Below, one piece after another: positions 18,161 through 27,368 of a stretch of 64,000 nt of DNA (position 1 is its first letter; the number at the start of each line of letters is the position of its first letter). The stretch spans positions 96,001 to 160,000 of the forward strand of contig CAXXIN010000018.1 of NCBI GenBank assembly GCA_963665275.2, read 5' to 3'. Under the pieces are notes generated by a model. The model had not been told where the DNA came from. It saw nothing but the letters and a program-made list of their open reading frames with translations, and ran no database searches. Made by a program: the position numbers and the translations under genes. Source of the stretch: Negativicutes bacterium (GTDB lineage: Bacteria; Bacillota; Negativicutes; UBA1444).

Positions 18161-18979
18161 CTAGGCCTTTCGCTTCGAGCGCGAGGTACCCGGCTTTTCC
18201 GGAACAGGCTGAGGCGTCCGTTGCCGGCCAAACCACCAAATAGCAACCAGGCCGCCTGCAATGACGGCTAAACTGGTCAATTGGGCTGATTTGAGACCTA
18301 GAGCCAAGGCGCCGTAATCTCCCCGCATATATTCGAGAAAAAAACGTGAAATAGAGTATAATATTGCATAGAGGGCGAAGATTTGACCTTTCGCGTGCGG
18401 CACATACCTGGCGAGCAACAGCAGAATAAAGATGATAATATCGATCTGGCCCTCCCAGACTTCGGTAGGCCATAAAGGTTGCGTTCCGTACGTTGAATGG
18501 GCTAAGGTTCCCGGTGGGTAGAGCAGGCCAAAAGCGCCGCCGGTGGGACTGCCAAATGCGTCACCGTTGAGAAGGTTGGCCATCCGGCCGATCGACTGTC
18601 CGAGAATGACGGCAGGTGCAGCGATGATGTCGGCGAATTCCCAGGTATCAATGCCGTGCCGCCGGGTATAGAGATAGCCGGCGATCGTTCCTGCGACCAC
18701 ACCACCCTGAATAGCCATGCCGCCCTGCCACACAAAAGGAATTTCAAGCAAGTGATCCTGATAATAGGCCCAGTCAAAGAAGAACACATCCCATAGCCTG
18801 GCCCCAACGATGCCGGCCAATCCGCAATAAAGCCCCATATCGGCCACATACGCATGCCAGCGTCCATCCTGGCGAGCCAGAAACCAAGCCATACCGGTGG
18901 CCATAAAAATACTCAGGCACAGGATCAGGCCATACATTCGTATCGGAAAATCGCCGATGTGAAAAAGATATTGATGCAT
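18161..18979 (-). CDS. lgt: Prolipoprotein diacylglyceryl transferase
   Basis: IRMYG, GARL, WQGGMAIQGG, GRMANLLNGDAFG, RFFLEYMR. Confidence 0.9.
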   Translation of the reverse strand: MHQYLFHIGDFPIRMYGLILCLSIFMATGMAWFLARQDGRWHAYVADMGLYCGLAGIVGARLWDVFFFDWAYYQDHLLEIPFVWQGGMAIQGGVVAGTIAGYLYTRRHGIDTWEFADIIAAPAVILGQSIGRMANLLNGDAFGSPTGGAFGLLYPPGTLAHSTYGTQPLWPTEVWEGQIDIIIFILLLLARYVPHAKGQIFALYAILYSISRFFLEYMRGDYGALALGLKSAQLTSLAVIAGGLVAIWWFGRQRTPQPVPEKPGTSRSKRKA

Positions 18980-18988
18980 ACGGGCCTC

Positions 18989-19264
18989 CTATTTCTTCAT
19001 AAAAGTGAGCAACTGCTTTACAACCTGCTCGACCTTTTGCCGGTCGGCGCCGAGATTCGGCGCGTCTTCGCACAGACAGTTGACGGCGTTATTTTCCAGC
19101 AGAAAAAAACCGACCTTGTCAATCGAGGAACGTACGGCGGCAATTTGCACCAATAGATTCGAGCAGGGTTGATCTTCCTCCAGCATGCGTTCGATGCCGG
19201 CGATATGGCCCCGAATGTTTTTGAGTCGGGCCAACACTTCAGTTTTGAGGGTCGGGTCTGTCAT
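18989..19264 (-). CDS. CsoR/RcnR-family regulator with CstR-like x-C-N-C fingerprint
   Basis: RLKNIRGHIAGIERM...CSNLLVQIAAVRSS...ENNAVNC. Confidence 0.85.
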   Translation of the reverse strand: MTDPTLKTEVLARLKNIRGHIAGIERMLEEDQPCSNLLVQIAAVRSSIDKVGFFLLENNAVNCLCEDAPNLGADRQKVEQVVKQLLTFMKK

Positions 19265-19284
19265 TTGACTTCACCTCTTTCATG

Positions 19285-19309
19285 ATCCCCCTGCGGGGGG
19301 TGGGGGGAT
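19285..19309. promoter_or_regulatory. G/C-tract operator typical of CsoR/CstR family
   Basis: ATCCCCCtgcGGGGGGTGGGGGGAT immediately upstream of the regulator in the divergent intergenic region. Confidence 0.65.
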
Positions 19310-19345
19310 GCTTCTTATTGTATTATAATAGTTTCTGAGGAATTA

Positions 19346-20668
19346 TTGCAAATGGAGGGACGAATTGTGGGAGACAAAATTTACAAGTTCGGATACGGTA
19401 ACACTACGGTAGAGTTGGCGTTGCCGGCAGAGCAAGTTATTCATGAGGTTGAAGGGCGTCCGGTTGCAGCGATTGAAGATGTGCCGGCTGCGGTGAGGCA
19501 AGCGCTTCGCAATCCTATCGGAACTCCGCCGTTGAAAGAGATCGTGAAAGCAGGGGAAACAGTAGCGATTGTTGTTAGCGACATCACCCGAGCCTGGATT
19601 AAAGCAAATCAGTTTTTGCCGACATTACTGGATGAGCTGAACGCAGCCGGAATCCCCGACCAGGATATTTTCATCATGATAGCGCTCGGGGCCCATCGCC
19701 CGCATACGGATGAGGAGGATGTGGTTGTCTGCGGCGCATCGGTGTGCCATCGAGTACGGATTTATCAACACAATGCCCGGGATAAAGCGGGACTGGCATA
19801 CAACGGGAAAACTTCGCGAGGCGTGGAGGCATGGACGAATAAAAGAGTCATGGAAGCCGACAGGATCATTCTGACAGGCGGTATCGTTTATCACCTCATG
19901 GCTGGGTTTGGCGCCGGGCGCAAGGCGGTTATGCCGGGCATCAGCGGTTACGAGACAATACAGGCTAACCATCGATTTTGTCTGCATCCGGAAGTCGGAC
20001 ACGGTTTGAATCCCCACTGCATGTCAGGTCGGACCGAAGGCAATGATATGCATGAGGACCAAATGGAAATCGCAACGCTTGTAAATCCCGACTTCTTGCT
20101 CAATGTAGTAAATACGCCGGAAGGAAAATTCGCCGGCATTTTTGCCGGACATTGGCAAAAAGCCTGGGAAGAGGGATGCAAGCTGGTAGAGAAAATCTAC
20201 GGCATCCCCATTACAGCCAAGGCTGATTTGGTAGTGGCTTCAGCCGGAGGCTTCCCCAAAGACATCAACCTTTATCAGGGTTCGAAATCACTCGATAATG
20301 CCTATATGGCCACCAAATCCGGCGGCGTTGCGATTTGTTTTCTCGAATGTCGCGATATCATGGAACCGGCGGAGTTCAGCAACTGGTTCAAGTATCCTGA
20401 TGCGCTGGCGTTTGAGACTGCATTGCGGGCTGCTTTTACGGTGCCTGGCTTCATTGCATTCAAGTGCATTTCCATCGCTCAGGATATTTCGATGATTGTG
20501 GTGACGAAGCCGGAAAATGCCGAATTCATCCGTAAAACAGGCATGATTCCCGCGAGTTCCGCCGAAGAAGCGATGCAAATGGCCCGGGAAAAAATCGGCC
20601 GCGACGACTTCACCATTACGGTGATGAGCCATGCGGCCAATACGGTTCCTTTATTGAAACAAGGTTAA
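19346..20668 (+). CDS. larA: LarA-family nickel-pincer racemase/epimerase (likely start GTG 19367)
   Basis: ALRNPIG, SDITR, GAHR, HLMAGFGAGRK, NH, GGFPKDINLYQGSK. Confidence 0.85.
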   Translation: MQMEGRIVGDKIYKFGYGNTTVELALPAEQVIHEVEGRPVAAIEDVPAAVRQALRNPIGTPPLKEIVKAGETVAIVVSDITRAWIKANQFLPTLLDELNAAGIPDQDIFIMIALGAHRPHTDEEDVVVCGASVCHRVRIYQHNARDKAGLAYNGKTSRGVEAWTNKRVMEADRIILTGGIVYHLMAGFGAGRKAVMPGISGYETIQANHRFCLHPEVGHGLNPHCMSGRTEGNDMHEDQMEIATLVNPDFLLNVVNTPEGKFAGIFAGHWQKAWEEGCKLVEKIYGIPITAKADLVVASAGGFPKDINLYQGSKSLDNAYMATKSGGVAICFLECRDIMEPAEFSNWFKYPDALAFETALRAAFTVPGFIAFKCISIAQDISMIVVTKPENAEFIRKTGMIPASSAEEAMQMAREKIGRDDFTITVMSHAANTVPLLKQG

Positions 20669-20676
20669 GTTACGAG

Positions 20677-21369
20677 TCAGACAATTTTTTTCGGCTGAAA
20701 GTTCAGGGCGTCGCAGGCTACTAGGTGGCAAGCGGCGCCTTTGATCTGTCCGCTTGGCGCCATGTGGGCTCCATCGCCGTGGATATGGCCGAAGATGCAA
20801 TATTCGACAGAGAATTCCTCCAACAATGCGGTGAAGCCATTAGTGGCTTCTTCAAAGGCGACAGGGGGGAAGTGCATCATCACCATCAGGTGTTCGAAAC
20901 CGGCGGTGCGGGCGCTCTCTAGCGAAATGCGGAGTCGGGATACCTCACGCAGGTAAATGGGCTCATCTTCCGGGCGGAAAAACGGATCGGCGGGGGTGAC
21001 CCAGCCCCGGCTGCCGCAAATGGCCCAGCCTTCCGCCGCAAAGAAATTATTGTGCAGGAAAAAAAGTTCGTCCGGCCTATCCTGGTTCATTTTGCCCACG
21101 GTTCCCCACCAATAATCATGATTTCCGCGTACAAGGATTTTGCGGCCCGGCAAAGTGGCGATAGCCTCAAGGTCAACGAGGGCTTCTTTCCACTTCATAG
21201 CCCAGGAGGTATCGCCTGCAATCAGGATTGTGTCATCTGGTTTTATGACTGCACGCCAGGCAGTCTGAATCTTGTCCCAGTGATTTTCCCAAGACGGACT
21301 GAATCGATCCATCGGTTTGGATGGAGGGTTGCCGGATAAGTGCAGATCGGCGAGTGCGAAAATAGACAT
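20677..21369 (-). CDS. Calcineurin-like metallophosphoesterase
   Basis: ADLHL, AGD, GNHD, HFPP, GHIH. Confidence 0.9.
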   Translation of the reverse strand: MSIFALADLHLSGNPPSKPMDRFSPSWENHWDKIQTAWRAVIKPDDTILIAGDTSWAMKWKEALVDLEAIATLPGRKILVRGNHDYWWGTVGKMNQDRPDELFFLHNNFFAAEGWAICGSRGWVTPADPFFRPEDEPIYLREVSRLRISLESARTAGFEHLMVMMHFPPVAFEEATNGFTALLEEFSVEYCIFGHIHGDGAHMAPSGQIKGAACHLVACDALNFQPKKIV

Positions 21370-21536
21370 AAAAATACTCCTTGCTGGGGGGATCGTTACG
21401 AATGTTTACTTTTCCAAGGGATAGCAAATATCCTGCAATAGCAATGAAAATCGGCAGGGAAAAAGACGGAAATCATGAATACATAATATATTACTTGATC
21501 GATTATTCGAAATTGACGGAGGGGAGGGGAAACGAA

Positions 21537-22664
21537 ATGCGGAAAATACTGCATCATGTACATGCGACACTTTTTGCGGTATTGCTTGTCAGTGGATTTT
21601 TGTTGCATTTTTCGATTTTACGGGGTCCTCTGTCGTCCTACCGGTTATTGCTGATGAAAACACATGCCTTTGCCGGAGAATTTTTTACTGCGGTGATCGT
21701 TGTGTATGGGCTGTATTTACTGGCACGGCGTTCCTTGGTGTGGAAAAGGAAAACTTACCGCCAATTTGTCAGAATCGCTTTTCTGATACTGACTGCCTGG
21801 GTGGCCAGCGGATGGGTTTTGCTGCAAAAGACTAATTGGGGACCGATTCCGACCGCTTATTCTTTTGAACTGCACCGCTGGTTGGCTTATGCTTCTGTGC
21901 CAATTCTGTTATGGCATGTCTGGGCTACTTGGCGCAAACCGTTGCCCGACTCTCTGGCCGGAACTCGCCGCCACTTTTTCGGCTGGCTGGCGGCCGCAGC
22001 AGGGGGGGCTTGGGGCGCGTCGCTGGTTTGGCGTTTTCAGGAACGCAACCGTCCCCAGGACGTAAAGGGAAATGAAAACTGCGATGTGTTTTTGCCGGTG
22101 CCTGAGCCTGCCAAAGATTCGTTGCCTCCGATTGGCGGTGGAATGCAGGGGAAATTCGGCGAATACAGCGTCATGAATTTCTTGCCTTGCCTGCATCATG
22201 ATACCTGGCGATTTAACATCGATGGACTGGTAAACCGCAACGTATCCTTCCGCTGGGAAGACTTCGTTCGCCTTCCGCGAAAGGTTCAGGTCAGCGATTT
22301 TCATTGCGTTGAAGGTTGGTCCGTATTCAACATCACTTATGAAGGCCTGAAAGTATCGGATTTGCTGGGGATGGCCGGAGTCAGACCAGAGGCGAGGTAT
22401 GTGAAATTTTACTCGGCTGACGGTCAGTATGCGGACGTATTGACGCTGGAACAGGCGCACATGGAAGATGTGATGATCGTCATGTTGATGGACGGACGCC
22501 CGATTCCGAGAGTTCTCGGGGGGCCGGCGAGGCTTATCGTACCCAAAATGTATGCGTACAAGGCAGTTAAGTGGGTGACGCGTATCGAACTCATCGACGA
22601 ACCATATCTGGGATACTGGGAGCACTATGGTTTTGAGACAAATGCCTGGGTGGGAGTATACTAA
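21537..22664 (+). CDS. Membrane molybdopterin oxidoreductase (MsrP/YuiH-like domain fused to His-bearing TM domain)
   Basis: SDFHCVEGWS, GGPARLIVPKMYAYKAVKWV, GYWE; N-terminal TMs with His; internal TRRHFF; ATG at 21537 after GGAGG (ORF track starts 21381). Confidence 0.85.
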   Translation: MRKILHHVHATLFAVLLVSGFLLHFSILRGPLSSYRLLLMKTHAFAGEFFTAVIVVYGLYLLARRSLVWKRKTYRQFVRIAFLILTAWVASGWVLLQKTNWGPIPTAYSFELHRWLAYASVPILLWHVWATWRKPLPDSLAGTRRHFFGWLAAAAGGAWGASLVWRFQERNRPQDVKGNENCDVFLPVPEPAKDSLPPIGGGMQGKFGEYSVMNFLPCLHHDTWRFNIDGLVNRNVSFRWEDFVRLPRKVQVSDFHCVEGWSVFNITYEGLKVSDLLGMAGVRPEARYVKFYSADGQYADVLTLEQAHMEDVMIVMLMDGRPIPRVLGGPARLIVPKMYAYKAVKWVTRIELIDEPYLGYWEHYGFETNAWVGVY

Positions 22665-22796
22665 AAATGGGTTAGACAGGCCGTCCAATACAATGGAAAA
22701 GGCAGAAACCCGGCTATAAAGACGAATTTCTACCCTTTATTTCCTTGCCATATATTATGCACGAGGGAGGCTTGGGATTAAAAACCGTTCGTAAAA

Positions 22797-23099
22797 CTAT
22801 TGAATTTCAAACACCTTGGTCAGTCGAGTCAATTCAAACAAATCTTTGACCAGTCCTTTGATCCCTTTGATGATAACACTACCGCCATTTTGCAGGGCAC
22901 GTTTCTGAATAGCCACCAAAGTTCCTAACCCCGAGCTATCGATATAGTCAACATTCCCCAAGTCCACGATGAAGGTTTTGTGTCCGCTATCAATGTACCC
23001 AATGAGGCTTTCCCTGATTTGTGCAGCTTCCGCCACGTAGATACTGCCGGATAAAACTACTAAAACATGGTTTTCTAAAACAGTAATTTCCTGAATCAT
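22797..23099 (-). CDS. STAS-domain anti-sigma factor antagonist
   Basis: VDLGNVDYIDSSGLGTLV, FELTRL; ATG at 23099 after GGAGG. Confidence 0.9.
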   Translation of the reverse strand: MIQEITVLENHVLVVLSGSIYVAEAAQIRESLIGYIDSGHKTFIVDLGNVDYIDSSGLGTLVAIQKRALQNGGSVIIKGIKGLVKDLFELTRLTKVFEIQ

Positions 23100-23302
23100 G
23101 GGTCGTCCACCTCCCAATAGTTCGCAGCTTATCGTTGGTTTACTAATATTGAAATAGTTATTTAAAATATTTATTCGCTATCTGATCACATTTTCCTTTT
23201 AATTTTTCAAAGAAATGAAGGGAAAAATTATGTGTGTTATGAACGTATAATTATGTAAAGAACTCGGGGCAAAATATCGGATAAGGTGGTGGAAGCTGCA
23301 AT

Positions 23303-23956
23303 ATGGAAATTAAAAGACGCTTTCTTATTGGGGGACTAATTTTGGCACTGATCAGTTTGATCCTGGCAGCAGGCTGTGGCGCCAGCAAATCAGAACCTGT
23401 GTCTCAGACAAAGTCTTCGGCTGCGCCCGCGCCAGCTGCCCCGTCTGTTGAAAAGAAACCGTTGTTGGCGGAAAAAATGGGTGAATGGAAACCAGATGGC
23501 ATCATTGCTGACGGTGAATACAGCAAGATGCAGTCCTTTGGTGAAATTGAAGTCTACAGCCGGATCGACGGCAATAAGGCAAGATTGGCGCTGAAAGCGA
23601 AAACCAATGGATATGTAGCGATTGGTTTTGATCCATCCGACAAAATGAAAGACGCTGATATTATCTTGGGCTTTGTGAAGGATGGCAAAGCAGTTGTTTT
23701 TGACATGTACAGTATCGGGCCGACAGGTCCCCATCCAGCGGATGACCAACAGGGTGGAAAAAATGATGTAAACGTATTTGGCGGCGCCAACAAAGAAGGT
23801 ATGACAGTCATCGAATTTGAACGCATGCTGCTGACCGGAGATCCCAAGGATAAGGAGATTAAAATTGGCGATAATAAAATCATTTGGTCCGTAGGTGATG
23901 AGAGCAATCCAACCACCAAACACGTGAAACGGGGCGGCGGAATTCTCAAACTGTAA
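23303..23956 (+). CDS. DOMON-domain lipoprotein
   Basis: Lipobox LAAGC; [22 protein letters not shown]-terminal His. Confidence 0.8.
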   Translation: MEIKRRFLIGGLILALISLILAAGCGASKSEPVSQTKSSAAPAPAAPSVEKKPLLAEKMGEWKPDGIIADGEYSKMQSFGEIEVYSRIDGNKARLALKAKTNGYVAIGFDPSDKMKDADIILGFVKDGKAVVFDMYSIGPTGPHPADDQQGGKNDVNVFGGANKEGMTVIEFERMLLTGDPKDKEIKIGDNKIIWSVGDESNPTTKHVKRGGGILKL

Positions 23957-24009
23957 ATGCGAAAAGTGATAAAGTCAGAAGCCGGAAAGGGTCAGGGACC
24001 CTGACTTCG

Positions 24010-24038
24010 TTGACTTTGAAAAGTTCGTACACTATAAT
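24010..24038 (+). promoter_or_regulatory. SigA-type promoter of leuS
   Basis: TTGACT - 17 bp - TATAAT. Confidence 0.7.
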
Positions 24039-24066
24039 TAATGGCAACAGCGGAACCTTACGCATG

Positions 24067-24095
24067 GCCCCGCACTCAGCGGGGCTTTTTATTTT
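24067..24095 (+). terminator. Terminator hairpin in leuS leader
   Basis: GCCCCGC-actca-GCGGGGC followed by TTTTTATTTT, directly before the RBS. Confidence 0.7.
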
Positions 24096-24108
24096 GAGGA
24101 GGATGTCG

Positions 24109-26589
24109 ATGAACGAGAAGTACGTCGCGGGAGAAATTGAACCGAAGTGGCAAAAAATTTGGGCGGATTCGGGCGCGTTTCACTCGGAAGTAGATCGGAC
24201 AAAACCTGAGTATTATGTACTTGAGATGTTCCCGTACCCTTCAGGCGCTCTGCATATGGGTCATGTTCGCAATTACTCCATTGGTGACGTCATCGCCAGA
24301 TTTCAGAAGATGCGGGGCTATAATGTGCTGCACCCGATGGGCTGGGATGCTTTCGGTATGCCGGCGGAAAATGCCGCCATCAAAAATAAAGTACATCCCT
24401 CTGACTGGACGTGGAGCAACATCCGCAACATGCGCCGGCAGCAGCAGGAACTCGGATTGTCCTACGACTGGGATCGGGAAGTGGCGACGTGTCATCCGGA
24501 ATATTACCGCTGGACTCAGTGGCTATTTTTACTGTTTTTTGAACGTGGACTGGCCTATAAGAAAAAAGCCGCAGTCAACTGGTGCGAAGAATGCAACACG
24601 GTACTGGCTAACGAGCAGGTTATCGATGGCAACTGCTGGCGTTGCAACTCGGTCGTCGTCAAAAAGGAACTGGAGCAGTGGTTCCTGAAAATCACTGATT
24701 ATGCAGACCGCCTATTGAAAGACATGGATCTTTTGGGAGGTTGGCCCGAGCGCGTGAGGACTATGCAGGAAAACTGGATTGGCCGTAGCGAAGGGGCCGA
24801 ATTCAGCTTTGCGGTCCCCGAACTGGAAGAGAAAATACCGGTTTATACGACACGGCAGGATACTTCATTTGGCGTGACCTACGTCGTGCTGGCGCCAGAA
24901 CATCCGCTGGTGGAAAAACTGATCGCCGGCAAACCGGAAGCCGCTGCGGTGAGCGCTTTTGTCGAAAAAGTCCGCAAGCTTAGTGAGATCAACCGGACAG
25001 CTACCGATGTGGAAAAAGAAGGCATGTTTACCGGTGCATACGCTGTAAATCCTTTCAATGGTGAAGCGGTGCCCATCTGGGTCGCCAACTATGTTTTGTA
25101 CGAATACGGTACAGGCGCGGTGATGGGCGTTCCCGCCCACGATGAACGTGACTGGGCTTTTGCAACCAAATATAACCTGGAGAAGCGCCTGGTGGTGCAG
25201 ACCCCGGCGACGCCGCTGACGATCTTGACGATGGACGGCGCCTATGGCGGATCTGGCGTGATGGTCAACTCCGGCCGGTTTAACGGATTGGAAAATGAAA
25301 TCGCCAAAGCCCAGATGGCGGATTGGCTGGAAGAACAAAAAGTTGGTCGACGCCGTGTGACTTACCGTCTGCGGGACTGGCTTGTTTCGCGCCAACGTTA
25401 TTGGGGAGCCCCCATTCCGATTATTTATTGTGAAGATTGCGGTGCGGTGGCGGTGCCCAAAGAAGATCTGCCAATCAAATTACCGGAAAATGTGCGTTTC
25501 GATGCGGGGGCTGTTTCCCCCTTGGCTACTGTTGAAGAATTCGTCAACTGCAAGTGCCCGAAATGCGGCAAGCCTGCCCGACGGGAAACCGACACCATGG
25601 ATACTTTTATCTGTTCTTCCTGGTATTATTTCCGTTATACGGATCCCCGCAACACCAAAGCACCGTGGGATATCAACACTTGCAATTATTGGACTCCAGT
25701 CGACCAATATATCGGTGGAATCGAACACGCGATTTTACACCTCTTGTATTCGCGCTTTTTCACCAAAGTGCTCAAGGATGCAGGCCTGATCGATGCCGAT
25801 GAGCCTTTCAAAAACCTGTTGACGCAGGGTATGGTCATCAAGGACGGCTCGAAAATGTCCAAATCCAAAGGAAATATTGTTTCACCGGAAGAAATCGTAA
25901 AAAAATATGGTGCGGATACAGCGCGCCTCTTTATCCTTTTTGCATCGCCGCCTGAGCGCGATCTCGAATGGAGCGATCAAGGCGTGGAAGGCGCCGCGAG
26001 ATTTTTCAACCGCCTATGGCGCATTGTCAGTCACTTCGCGGAAATCGCCCAGGGCGCCGAACCAAACTATGACGCGGCGACACTGGATGATCAGGCCAAG
26101 GAACTAAGGCGTGCCCTTCATGCTACAATCCGTAAGGTTACAGAAGATGTTTCCGATCGCTTTAATTTCAATACGGCCATCAGCTCGGTGATGGAACTGG
26201 TCAACGCAATGCATGTATATCGTGATGCGGCGACCGAACCCCAACCGGCACTGATCCGCGAGACGGTTGATGCGTTGCTTCGTCTGCTGGCGCCCTTTGC
26301 TCCCCACATCACTGAAGAACTGTGGAGTTTGACGGGCCATTCAGACAGTATTCACAGTCAGCCCTGGCCTAAATGGGATGCCGCCGCACTGAAAACGGAT
26401 TCGGTGGAAATCGTGCTCCAGATTAACGGCAAGGTTCGCGAAAAGCTGATTGTGCCGTCGGAAATTACTGCGGACGCATTGGGCAAACTGGCACTAGCTC
26501 AGGAACGGATCCAGGCCCTGATGGAGGGGAAAACCATGGTTAAAGTAATCGCGGTGCCTGGGAAATTGGTCAATATCGTCGTCAAATAG
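24109..26589 (+). CDS. leuS: Leucine--tRNA ligase
   Basis: [18 protein letters not shown], editing domain [12 protein letters not shown]; ATG at 24109 after GAGGAGG. Confidence 0.97.
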   Translation: MNEKYVAGEIEPKWQKIWADSGAFHSEVDRTKPEYYVLEMFPYPSGALHMGHVRNYSIGDVIARFQKMRGYNVLHPMGWDAFGMPAENAAIKNKVHPSDWTWSNIRNMRRQQQELGLSYDWDREVATCHPEYYRWTQWLFLLFFERGLAYKKKAAVNWCEECNTVLANEQVIDGNCWRCNSVVVKKELEQWFLKITDYADRLLKDMDLLGGWPERVRTMQENWIGRSEGAEFSFAVPELEEKIPVYTTRQDTSFGVTYVVLAPEHPLVEKLIAGKPEAAAVSAFVEKVRKLSEINRTATDVEKEGMFTGAYAVNPFNGEAVPIWVANYVLYEYGTGAVMGVPAHDERDWAFATKYNLEKRLVVQTPATPLTILTMDGAYGGSGVMVNSGRFNGLENEIAKAQMADWLEEQKVGRRRVTYRLRDWLVSRQRYWGAPIPIIYCEDCGAVAVPKEDLPIKLPENVRFDAGAVSPLATVEEFVNCKCPKCGKPARRETDTMDTFICSSWYYFRYTDPRNTKAPWDINTCNYWTPVDQYIGGIEHAILHLLYSRFFTKVLKDAGLIDADEPFKNLLTQGMVIKDGSKMSKSKGNIVSPEEIVKKYGADTARLFILFASPPERDLEWSDQGVEGAARFFNRLWRIVSHFAEIAQGAEPNYDAATLDDQAKELRRALHATIRKVTEDVSDRFNFNTAISSVMELVNAMHVYRDAATEPQPALIRETVDALLRLLAPFAPHITEELWSLTGHSDSIHSQPWPKWDAAALKTDSVEIVLQINGKVREKLIVPSEITADALGKLALAQERIQALMEGKTMVKVIAVPGKLVNIVVK

Positions 26590-26645
26590 CCTGTGAGTTT
26601 CTAAAAAAATCGGTTGAATGCCGATATGAAATGTGGTGCACTGCG

Positions 26646-26674
26646 CCGGTCTGTAAGCACAGACCGGTTTTTTT
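26646..26674 (+). terminator. leuS terminator
   Basis: CCGGTCTGT-aagc-ACAGACCGG + T7. Confidence 0.8.
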
Positions 26675-26705
26675 ATTGCAGAAATCAAGATGGGAGGGTA
26701 AACAT

Positions 26706-27368
26706 GTGAGAGAAATTAATGAGGCGGAAGAAGAGGCGGACAAGCAACGGAAGGATAGAAGGAAAATCCTGGCGGCCGTTGCGGTGGTGGTTATCAGCAT
26801 TAGTTTTTATGGTTGGTGGAGCAAGACTCAGAAAACGGATCCCGGAATCGCAGTTTCGCGGGAGACAGTTGTTGAAGCTGCCAATAAAGAACAGGGGGAA
26901 GTTGTCGTATATGTGAGCGGTCGAGTGGAACATCCCGGCGTCATCAGGGTAAGCGCCGGAGCGCGTGCGATCGATGTCGTCAATGCCGCCGGCGGCCTGT
27001 TGTCAGGGGCGGATGTCTCGAAGGTTAATTTGGCGCAGTCGGTTAAGGATGGCATGCAGATCAACGTACCAGGGCAACCGATAATGGCGGGAGATCCCAA
27101 CGCAGGCAAATATTCCGGGCCTGGGAACGTTTCTGGCAAGACTGGCTCATCATCTTCAGGGGCTAACTCGGTGGAGGGGAAAATCAATATCAATACCGCC
27201 GATGCGTCTGAACTCGATAAACTTCCGGGAGTGGGGCCTGCCATGGCGGAAAAAATTGTTGAATGGCGCAAGAACAATGGTCCGTTCCAAGCCGGTGAAG
27301 AACTGAAAAAAGTCAAAGGAATCGGCGAAGAAAAATATCGAAAACTGAAGGACAAGATTTCTTGGTAG
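26706..27368 (+). CDS. comEA: Competence DNA receptor ComEA
   Basis: TM anchor, SLBB (VYVSGRVEHPG), HhH motifs KININTA..LPGVG..VKGIG; GTG at 26706 after GGAGGG (ORF track starts 26631). Confidence 0.92.
   Translation: MREINEAEEEADKQRKDRRKILAAVAVVVISISFYGWWSKTQKTDPGIAVSRETVVEAANKEQGEVVVYVSGRVEHPGVIRVSAGARAIDVVNAAGGLLSGADVSKVNLAQSVKDGMQINVPGQPIMAGDPNAGKYSGPGNVSGKTGSSSSGANSVEGKININTADASELDKLPGVGPAMAEKIVEWRKNNGPFQAGEELKKVKGIGEEKYRKLKDKISW

Noticed and set aside
21909-22688. Long antisense ORFs (259 aa here; also 32426-33151, 55813-56574, 6055-6717)
   Set aside because: They shadow well-supported genes on the opposite strand and show no motifs or RBS
23235-23262. TTATGTAAA resembling the XerD arm of a dif site
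   Set aside because: No XerC arm; it coincides with a TATAAT -10 box for the lipoprotein gene
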